From assembly GCA_015068085.1 (NCBI GenBank), contig SVLF01000007.1, forward strand, positions 6,361 through 70,360: a stretch of 64,000 nucleotides of DNA, read 5' to 3'. The position numbers and the translations under genes are program-made. The stretch is from Oscillospiraceae bacterium (GTDB taxonomy: Bacteria > Bacillota > Clostridia > Oscillospirales > JAAYXM01). Positions 30,183 through 39,416 of the stretch are shown here, piece by piece. The notes under the pieces were generated by a model. It did no database searches, was not told the origin of the DNA, and saw only the letters and a list, made by a program, of their open reading frames with translations. Position 1 is the first letter of the stretch; the number at the start of each line of letters is the position of its first letter.

Positions 30183-30578
30183 TTATGCACTCTGCTCAAC
30201 AAGATTGTTTTCTATCATCTGACGCGGCGTCTTAACTTCAGGGAACTTCGCCAAGAACCACTCTTTTACTTCGAAGTAAGAAGCTGTTTCAAAACTTTCA
30301 CTTTCAGTCTTACCGATAAGTTCATAGTAGAACTTGAGTGCTTCTTCATTATTTCTTCTCTGAATGTACTTTTCCATATAAGAGTATGTGAGACCTTTGT
30401 ACTCAGCTTTTCTCTTGGTTTTCTTTACTTCTCTGACCTTAACTTCAAATTCCGGATAATCAGAACGAATTTTCTTTATCGCCTCATAAATGTCCGAACC
30501 GTAAACTCTTGCTTTCTTTGCCTCTGCCTTTGTGATCTCAATTACCTTCAATTCAAAATTTGCAAACATTGTAGTCAT
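30183..30578 (-). CDS. Hypothetical basic protein, paralog of the 29714-30169 gene
   Basis: DYPEF, YKGLTYSYM, YFEVKEWF..KFPE; GAAAGGA SD. Confidence 0.8.
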   Translation of the reverse strand: MTTMFANFELKVIEITKAEAKKARVYGSDIYEAIKKIRSDYPEFEVKVREVKKTKRKAEYKGLTYSYMEKYIQRRNNEEALKFYYELIGKTESESFETASYFEVKEWFLAKFPEVKTPRQMIENNLVEQSA

Positions 30579-31052
30579 TTCCTTTCATAATTAAATTTGA
30601 TTTTTTATTGTTTATGATTTTCTTTTTATTTAAGTTTTCTGCGTTAGACTGTTACCTACGATGTGTCAACTTTCATTTTTTCTTTTCTCCTTTCCGCAAG
30701 TTTTTTTGTCTCGTCCCTTGCTTTGTGAATATAGTATACCAAATACAAAACAAAAACCAGTCGTTTTAATGGTAAGTTTATAAAAAGTTACAATAAAAAA
30801 ACTGCAAGCTTTTTTGCCCACAGTTTCAGTACATATTCAAAGTTGTATCAGACTTGTTTGCTACTGGAATAAACGTTGAAGATTAGATGTATAAAAGTTG
30901 ATTAAAAGATGTTATTGTGTTATAATGTTTTTAGCAATCAGTTCAAGCAGTTTATATAAGCAATGAATCAAGAGGTTTTGAAACGGGAGTTGCCTGAGAG
31001 CGCTTGCTTGCGGGGAACTCGACAGAGTTCACCGGAGCCGATAGTTCGGCTC

Positions 31053-31102
31053 AATGGCATTCAAGAGGTCATGGGTTCGATCCCCACCGTCTCCACCAAA
31101 CA
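31053..31102 (+). repeat. attR: duplicate of the tRNA-Ala 3' half
   Basis: Identical to 20018-20067. Confidence 0.95.
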
Positions 31103-31112
31103 GAAAACGTAC

Positions 31113-31393
31113 CATCCGTAAGGTTGGTACGTTTTTTGTTTTGGTGTTACGCGAGACGGTGAGGGATCGAACAGGACGGCGCTCCGCAGAGCGCAAAAAG
31201 GGTGCCGGTGGCACGCTTTTTAGTCCGCGGGTAGATCCCCAATGTAAGTTTACGAAGAACGCAAATGGCATCCGTAAGGTTGGTACGTTTTTTGTTTTGA
31301 TGTTACGCGAGACGGTGAGGGAGCGAACAGGACGGCGCTCCGCAGAGCGCAAAAAGGGTGCCGGTGGCACGCTTTTTAGTCCGCGGGTAGATC
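31113..31393 (+). repeat. Two near-identical 125-bp direct repeats (period 156)
   Basis: 31113-31237 and 31269-31393, from CATCCGTAAGGTTGGTACG to CCGCGGGTAGATC. Confidence 0.9.
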
Positions 31394-31400
31394 TCCTGTG

Positions 31401-32339
31401 TTAAAACAGCTTATCATTGATCATATATATAGGCTTTGCCATTTTACCTGTGGTATCTAAATTATATTTAGATTCAAAATATTTTATTATCTCTTCTTCG
31501 GATGGGAATTCTATCCATTGATATGGTTCCTGGAACGCTAATTTTTCCAAAAGATATACAGAACCATCTTTTTCATATATCACTCCTGCATGATCCAGAA
31601 ACAGAAACGGATCAGATTCATCTACGGTATTGTGCACAACAAGACCGATAAATTTTAATTTGGAATTTTTAAATTGAATTCCTCTCTCCTTAAGAGCTTG
31701 CTCCAAAACCTTTTTTTGAACCTCTTTATCAGTTGATAAGCTTGTAGGTATTGGTGCATAAAAGTTTTCAAATGCCTTTAAATTTTCATCTGTCATATAT
31801 TTAGCGGGCATCATTTCAAACGAATTACTGTCAAAAGCCAATGTCCACATGGATGTTTTTTCAAAATCAGTGTTGTTTATCAGGATATCATCTCTCAACA
31901 ATGTAAACACTGCCATTCTGCAACAAACACCAACAAAATCAGGATATTTTTGCTCCCATACGTCGTTTATCTCATAAGGGTCGTAATTCACTTTATCCAA
32001 AGTGTTCCAACCCTTCAAAACCGATTCGGGCGCAGTTTCATTGTATATATTAACGTAGTTAATACAATCTTTAATATATGATTCTTTTATTCCTGCTTTT
32101 TCCAAATCCTTGCTAAGCTCTGATTGATCTTCTTCAGAAATCAAGTTACTGAATTTCACCTCGGGATTTACATAGGGATCTGTTATCCCACTGGATCTCA
32201 GATCTTTCGCATATCCGCTTTGGTTTTTATCAGGACTGTTCTCCCCCAAATTATCTGAACAAGCAGAAAATAATGCTGTCACCATAACTGATATTAAAAA
32301 TACACTCAAAATTCTTTCAGCACTTTTTAAAACCTTCAT
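31401..32339 (-). CDS. Lipoprotein, DUF4300-like
   Basis: Lipobox FSAC; C(C)R, LFLDHAGV, EKLAFQEPYQ motifs. Confidence 0.8.
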   Translation of the reverse strand: MKVLKSAERILSVFLISVMVTALFSACSDNLGENSPDKNQSGYAKDLRSSGITDPYVNPEVKFSNLISEEDQSELSKDLEKAGIKESYIKDCINYVNIYNETAPESVLKGWNTLDKVNYDPYEINDVWEQKYPDFVGVCCRMAVFTLLRDDILINNTDFEKTSMWTLAFDSNSFEMMPAKYMTDENLKAFENFYAPIPTSLSTDKEVQKKVLEQALKERGIQFKNSKLKFIGLVVHNTVDESDPFLFLDHAGVIYEKDGSVYLLEKLAFQEPYQWIEFPSEEEIIKYFESKYNLDTTGKMAKPIYMINDKLF

Positions 32340-32532
32340 TTTTGTAACCATTCCTTTCATTGTGTTAAAGACACAAAACAACATGTAATAAAATCAAAAT
32401 GCACTGCATTTTGTACCATACCTCTTCACTCTTAACTTTTCCCTCTTACCTGTCTGAATTTATTCAGACTTATTCTCCTTATTTCAATATTTATTACTAT
32501 GGTTAAAACTTATGCGGTTCTTTCGAAAAATT

Positions 32533-32733
32533 TGTCGATATGCAAACTAAAGTTTGCCCGATATTTTTACTATCGTAAAATCAATATGTTTTCCCTTCGG
32601 TCAAACTCGATATGATATAAATCTCGTTGCCGCAAGGCAACATATCGAGTGCGAAGCACATATCGAGTCATTTTTGACATATCGAAAATCGAGGTACGAG
32701 ATTTATATCGACGAATTCAACTTTGTTGAATTC
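32533..32733. repeat. Multi-hairpin palindromic element with iterated TCGATAT/ATATCGA
   Basis: Four TCGATAT-like and four ATATCGA copies separated by small hairpins; 14-bp IR 32614-32627/32696-32709. Confidence 0.7.
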
Positions 32734-32902
32734 ATTATACCATGTTTTCTTCCCATTTTCAATGGATCTTCAAAAACGGTAAATCCTTCATTTAAAAATT
32801 TTATTTTTGTTTTTTGCATAATCACCTCATTCCCGCGCAAAATATATGTACATCATCACGAAGAGATTTCGTGCTGATACAATTTTTAAGAGGTGAATTA
32901 AA

Positions 32903-33043
32903 ATGTCTAACCAGCAGAACAACAAAAACAATCAGAACAACCAGCAGAATCAGCAGAACAAGAATAACCAGAACAATTCTCAGAACAAAAACAATCAGAA
33001 CAACAGCCAGAACAAAAACGACAACAACCAGAGCAACTATTAA
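32903..33043 (+). CDS. 46-aa Asn/Gln-rich micro-protein, likely spore-associated (absent from the ORF track)
   Basis: AAGAGGTGA SD, sigG-like GCATA-17-CAAAATA (32816-32844), own terminator at about 33051-33096. Confidence 0.75.
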   Translation: MSNQQNNKNNQNNQQNQQNKNNQNNSQNKNNQNNSQNKNDNNQSNY

Positions 33044-33161
33044 ACCCGGCAAAAACAACCGTTCCGCTTACTCTCTCGCGGGACGGTTGTTTTTCTTGAA
33101 CAGAAAAAATATTTATGGTACAATATATAATACAACAGAGTATCCCGAAAGGAGGATTTTC

Positions 33162-34379
33162 ATGGACAGACACATACTTCACTGCGACCTGAACGCATTT
33201 TTTGCATCTGTTGAAGAGGTCCGCAATTCCGAGCTTCGCAAATATCCCGTGGCTGTCTGCGGAAATCCTGAAAACCGCCACGGGATTATCCTCGCCAAAA
33301 ACGAAAAGGCTAAAAAATTCGGCGTAAAAACTGCCGAAACAATATGGCAGGCACAGAAAAAATGCCCCGGGCTTGTGCTTGTCCCTCCACATTACAAAGA
33401 CTATGCAAAATATTCGCGCATAGTAAACGACATTTATCTGCGCTATACCGACCTTGTCGAGCCGTTCGGTATTGACGAATCCTGGCTCGACGTGACCGGC
33501 TCTGCCCATCTTTTCGGAACTCCGCGCGAAATCGCAGACGAGCTGCGGCGCGTGGTGAAAAGCGAAACAGGCCTTACCATATCTGTCGGAGTTTCCTTTA
33601 CAAAAGCATTTGCAAAGCTCGGAAGCGACTATAAAAAGCCTGATGCCACGACAGTAATAACACGTGAAAATTACAAAGACATTGTCTGGAAGCTGCCGGT
33701 TACGGATTTGCTTTTCGTAGGAAAGAGCGCGAAGAAAACTTTCGAGCGCCTCGGAATCTCCACTATCGGTGAGCTTGCCGCAAGCTCAAAGGAAAGCATC
33801 AGCTCCCTTCTCGGAAAAACAGGAGAAACAATACACGACTATGCCAACGGAATAGACTTATCCCCCGTCCAATCGGCTTTTGCTGAAACCGACCCGAAAT
33901 CCATCGGGCGCGGAACAACCTTTCCACACGACCTTACGGAGATTTCTGACATCAGAACAGGCATAACAGTTCTTTCCGATGACGTTGCTGCGCGTCTGCG
34001 AAAAAAGCACCTTATGGCAAACGTGGTAACGCTGACAGTCCGTGACCCCAACTTCAAAACAACATCACGTCAAAAAACGCTTTCCACACCCACGCATCTT
34101 GAACACGACATAACAGAGGCGTGCATGGAGCTTTATATGCGCTATTATGCAACGCGCCGCTCTCCCGTGAGAATGCTTACCGTCACGGTATCTTCTCTCG
34201 TTGATGAGGATACGGCAGGGCTTTTGCAATTTTCGCTCTTCGGCGATGATGAAATGCACGAAAAAACCGAACGAATGGAGCTTGCGATAGACAAAATACG
34301 CAACAAATTCGGACGGGATGCAATGAAAAAAGGTTCGTTTTTAAATCGTGACTTCACCATACGCGATAAAGACGGCTAA
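33162..34379 (+). CDS. dinB: DNA polymerase IV
   Basis: ILHCDLNAFFASVE, GIDE, SDYKKPD; GAAAGGAGG SD. Confidence 0.96.
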   Translation: MDRHILHCDLNAFFASVEEVRNSELRKYPVAVCGNPENRHGIILAKNEKAKKFGVKTAETIWQAQKKCPGLVLVPPHYKDYAKYSRIVNDIYLRYTDLVEPFGIDESWLDVTGSAHLFGTPREIADELRRVVKSETGLTISVGVSFTKAFAKLGSDYKKPDATTVITRENYKDIVWKLPVTDLLFVGKSAKKTFERLGISTIGELAASSKESISSLLGKTGETIHDYANGIDLSPVQSAFAETDPKSIGRGTTFPHDLTEISDIRTGITVLSDDVAARLRKKHLMANVVTLTVRDPNFKTTSRQKTLSTPTHLEHDITEACMELYMRYYATRRSPVRMLTVTVSSLVDEDTAGLLQFSLFGDDEMHEKTERMELAIDKIRNKFGRDAMKKGSFLNRDFTIRDKDG

Positions 34380-34445
34380 ACTCAAAAAAACGGCAAAAGT
34401 ACTTGACAAACAAGTGCTTTTGGGTGTATTATATTCTTTAAATAA

Positions 34446-35933
<1,488 letters not shown>

Positions 35934-35999
35934 AAACAGCTATGAGCCGCATTCACTATGCGGCTCTGTTTATTAAAAAATCAAAGGAATGATTACTTT

Positions 36000-36725
36000 A
36001 TGTCCTGCAAAATGCAAAAGGATTTGAGCGTTTTTATAAGCCAGTGCGACAGCACTTCAAAAATGAGTATACCGAGCATCTTTTCCCTCTTCGGCGATCT
36101 TGCATCGGAGCATGCCCCGCAGATAGGTCTTGGTTTTAGCACTCTTGCAGAAAAAGGCTTGTTCTGGATTGCCGTAAGAACCAAAATCAAGGTTCACCGC
36201 CGCCCTGAAATGACGGAGAGCTTCCTTGCAAACACCTGGCCGGAAGCCCCCGGCAGGGTGCGCTGTGTAAGGTACTACACCCTCACAGACATCAACTTGA
36301 ATCTGATTGCCGAAGGCAAGAGCGAATGGGCAATAGTTGACCTTTCAACCGGAAGACCGCATAAGCTCTCAGAAATCTATCCGGAAGAAATGCAACATCT
36401 CACCGACACTGCTTGTGACGAGCCCTTCAATAAAATCGCTGAGAACACCGATGATGCAGAAAAATTTGCCGTCTACACCGTTCGTTCAACGGACATTGAT
36501 ATTGGCAAGCATATGAACAATGCGGCATATATCCGTGCGGTTTTCGGTGCATTCACCTGCGCAGAACTTGAGGCAATGGATATAAGCGATGTTGAAATAA
36601 ACTTCAAAGCGCAGTGCTATGAAGGAGATGAGCTTGCATTCTACAAGCGCAAATGTGGCGATGCACTTGAAGTAATCGTTCTGCGTCCCGACGGAAAATG
36701 CGCCGCGACGTTAAGACTTGCGTGA
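36000..36725 (+). CDS. Acyl-ACP thioesterase
   Basis: DIDIGKHMNNAAY motif, double hot-dog length. Confidence 0.88.
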   Translation: MSCKMQKDLSVFISQCDSTSKMSIPSIFSLFGDLASEHAPQIGLGFSTLAEKGLFWIAVRTKIKVHRRPEMTESFLANTWPEAPGRVRCVRYYTLTDINLNLIAEGKSEWAIVDLSTGRPHKLSEIYPEEMQHLTDTACDEPFNKIAENTDDAEKFAVYTVRSTDIDIGKHMNNAAYIRAVFGAFTCAELEAMDISDVEINFKAQCYEGDELAFYKRKCGDALEVIVLRPDGKCAATLRLA

Positions 36726-36736
36726 AATATTGAATA

Positions 36737-36780
36737 AAAAAGCATACTGCGTTCACAAAAGCGAACGCAGTATGCTTTTT
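36737..36780. terminator. Bidirectional terminator
   Basis: AAAAGCATACTGCGTTC...GAACGCAGTATGCTTTT. Confidence 0.85.
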
Positions 36781-38143
36781 ATTTATACATTTTAAGGTAT
36801 TCTGCTGTATTGGCTACCATTCCGTCAAACATCTCACGAGCCTTATCTATCGGCAAACGCACCAACGGGTCGTTTGCAAAAACCGCGAATGCAAGATCCA
36901 AGCTTCTTTCGGCAATTGCCTCGTCAAGCGACACCTGATTTCCGCACGCGTGTGAGACAAGCGAATAAATTTTCTGCGGAATTTCGCCTGCAAAAACCGG
37001 CTTTACACTGTCACCGCGGAAAACCGCATTTGTTTCAACGATTGCTCCCATCGGCAAATTAGGAATTTGCCCGTAGTTCGGAAGATTTACATTGGTTATG
37101 AGGTCATCAAGGCCGAGAAGCGCCCGCATCTGACGGCATCCGTCCTCGCCGGTCGGCTTAAACTCCGGCTTCATTTCTCCCGAGAGAAGCTTTGCGCTCT
37201 TCTCTAATCTCTCACGAAGCTGGTTTCGTCTCCAGTCAACGGTTGTAAGCCCGAATCCCCAGCCTTCTACCTGTTCGGGGCTGTTGAGATACCAGTCTCC
37301 GGGGCAGAACTCTGCAAGGTGACGGTCACCCGCCGCGGCAATAACTCCGTAACGAAGGAATAAATCAAACTTAACCTTCTCACCGTGCCTTACTTTGTCA
37401 TTTATGAGGTTCTCACCCTGCTTGAAGTCGAAGCCGCTTTCACGGTGCTGTACCGCGAACTCACGGTACAGAGGGAACAAATCAGTATTCTTATACTTTG
37501 CTTCCGTAACCCAGGTAAAATGGTTTACGCCTATCGGATTCACCTTGATTTCCTCACGCTTTACATCCTTTATTCCACAAAGCTTATCGAGCATTCTTGA
37601 AAGAAGAACCTGTGTTCCGAAAACCTCATGACAGCACCCGAACGCTTTAATTTGCGGGAAAACTCGATAAAGCGCCTTTATGCTGATGCTCATCGGGTTC
37701 GTATAGTTGATAACCCAAGCATCCGGGCAATACTTTTTTATCGCTTCACCAAACTCTTCAAACATCGGCACCGTACGGAGCGAGCGGATAATCCCGCCAG
37801 GGCCCACGCTGTCACCGACAGACTGATATATACCGTACTTTTCGGGATAATGCACATCGGAGTGCATCTCATCAAACGTTCCCGGAAAGATTGATATTAT
37901 TACAAAATCCGCGCCATCGAGTGCCTCACCTATCGTATTGCACGCGAGGTATGACCAATCACCGATTTCTATGCTGTTTCCTATCGTTTCATTTTTCTTC
38001 GCGGCATCAAAATCTATATCGTACAAATACACCGTGCCACCCATATCCTTATCCTGAGCAAGATCGGTCATGAACCCCCACGCCCAGCCGCGTGAACCTC
38101 CGCCGATATATGCAACCTTCAGGTTCTTGTAATTCTTCTGCAT
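36779..38143 (-). CDS. GH4 glycoside hydrolase, probable alpha-galacturonidase
   Basis: IGGGS, NYTNP, GCCHEV (CHEV is the GH4 alpha-galacturonidase signature), GVNHF. Confidence 0.9.
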   Translation of the reverse strand: MQKNYKNLKVAYIGGGSRGWAWGFMTDLAQDKDMGGTVYLYDIDFDAAKKNETIGNSIEIGDWSYLACNTIGEALDGADFVIISIFPGTFDEMHSDVHYPEKYGIYQSVGDSVGPGGIIRSLRTVPMFEEFGEAIKKYCPDAWVINYTNPMSISIKALYRVFPQIKAFGCCHEVFGTQVLLSRMLDKLCGIKDVKREEIKVNPIGVNHFTWVTEAKYKNTDLFPLYREFAVQHRESGFDFKQGENLINDKVRHGEKVKFDLFLRYGVIAAAGDRHLAEFCPGDWYLNSPEQVEGWGFGLTTVDWRRNQLRERLEKSAKLLSGEMKPEFKPTGEDGCRQMRALLGLDDLITNVNLPNYGQIPNLPMGAIVETNAVFRGDSVKPVFAGEIPQKIYSLVSHACGNQVSLDEAIAERSLDLAFAVFANDPLVRLPIDKAREMFDGMVANTAEYLKMYK

Positions 38144-38161
38144 TGTAAAAATCCTTTCCTG

Positions 38162-39256
38162 TTATATATTTACATTGATGTAATACATTCCATCCCGTCC
38201 GTTCGTGTCAAGGCGCAAAGCTTTACCGTCAAACGTGATACTGCAATTACGGTTATCCGCACAGTTTGCGCTCAAATTAAACGGCAGTTTATTCAGCCAC
38301 AGAAGCGGAAGTGCGTCGTCATAGCCGTATCCACTGCCTACGTTACAGATGTTGCGGATGTAAATCTCGCTATCGGTCTGTTCAATATCCGCCGCCATTC
38401 TGTCAGAACCGAGAATATTTTCAAAGCTTGCCTTGCCGTCTTCCACGCGGATTGCAAACTGAATATCTGTCCTCGTATACGGAAGAAAGGCACGGGTTAT
38501 GTGAAATCCCGTAACGCCACGGCGTATCATCTCACAATAATCCTTGTAAGAGCCGACCTGCGCCATATGGATTGGCACATTATTTGCCTTTGCATATTCT
38601 ATTCCGTCACGCGATTCTTCCCAGTATTTCATCGGGTCGCTTTCCGGATAGATAAACATCGTTACAATACCGTTTTTAAACGGTATGACGTTGTCCACAA
38701 CCTCGCGGGTAAGAGGTGCGCGGTGCAATATCACCTGCGAAAGTGGAATAGCATCGCTGTATTTTCTCACTTCACGCAGTGTTTCTATCGTGAATGAATT
38801 TATAACACAGCTTTCCTCAACATGATACTTTCTCACCGTTTTCATAACATCACGAACAAGCTCCGGAATTTTATTGTTGCGCAGCGTTATGTAAACGAGC
38901 TTGCCGTTTTCTTTGCATATACGGACATATGTGTCAAAATCGCACACTTTGGCATAATGCCCCATTGCATCATATTCGGCAGCATATTCGAGAGTTTTGA
39001 GATAATCGTATGTAAGATCAACAAAAAGCTTTCGGTTATTTTTATCAAGCTTGCATATGCGTCCATTCTCGTCAAGCGTTATCCCGGCATCGTGGCACAT
39101 AACAAGCCTGTTATCCTTTGTTATACGCACATCGCCTTTCAGTGCATTAAAACCGAGATGCGCGGCAAGCTGAAAATGCTCTGCCGTATTTATCGGCGCA
39201 AGGCCTATCTGCGAATACGCCGTGTTCATTATTTCCTTATCAAAATTAAAATGCAT
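38162..39256 (-). CDS. Glycerophosphodiester phosphodiesterase-like protein
   Basis: PINT..., DVRITKDNRLVMCHD; canonical HRG and E residues not seen. Confidence 0.75.
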   Translation of the reverse strand: MHFNFDKEIMNTAYSQIGLAPINTAEHFQLAAHLGFNALKGDVRITKDNRLVMCHDAGITLDENGRICKLDKNNRKLFVDLTYDYLKTLEYAAEYDAMGHYAKVCDFDTYVRICKENGKLVYITLRNNKIPELVRDVMKTVRKYHVEESCVINSFTIETLREVRKYSDAIPLSQVILHRAPLTREVVDNVIPFKNGIVTMFIYPESDPMKYWEESRDGIEYAKANNVPIHMAQVGSYKDYCEMIRRGVTGFHITRAFLPYTRTDIQFAIRVEDGKASFENILGSDRMAADIEQTDSEIYIRNICNVGSGYGYDDALPLLWLNKLPFNLSANCADNRNCSITFDGKALRLDTNGRDGMYYINVNI

Positions 39257-39416
39257 TATCTTTCTCCCTGCATCGCCATTTGCAGAGGACAGCCAAAACC
39301 ACTGTCCTCTGCATTTTTGCTTATTGCTTCACATAATCAAGTATGCGCCCCAGAAGAACCGCAACCTTCGTGCGGCGTTGCCGCACAATGCAAAGTGCAC
39401 AATGCAAAGTGCAAAA

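Noticed and set aside
31053-31098. Second tRNA-Ala gene
   Set aside because: Only the 3' half is present; no intact D arm or 5' acceptor strand, so it is attR.
31113-31393. Possible CRISPR array or CDSs (ORFs 31029-31370 and 31054-31404)
   Set aside because: Only two 125-bp units, no repeat-spacer pattern and no cas genes; the ORFs are translations of the repeat and attR.
32814-33161. N-terminal extension of DinB in the ORF track
   Set aside because: It is the off-frame reading of the N/Q micro-gene and its terminator; dinB has its own promoter and SD at 33162.
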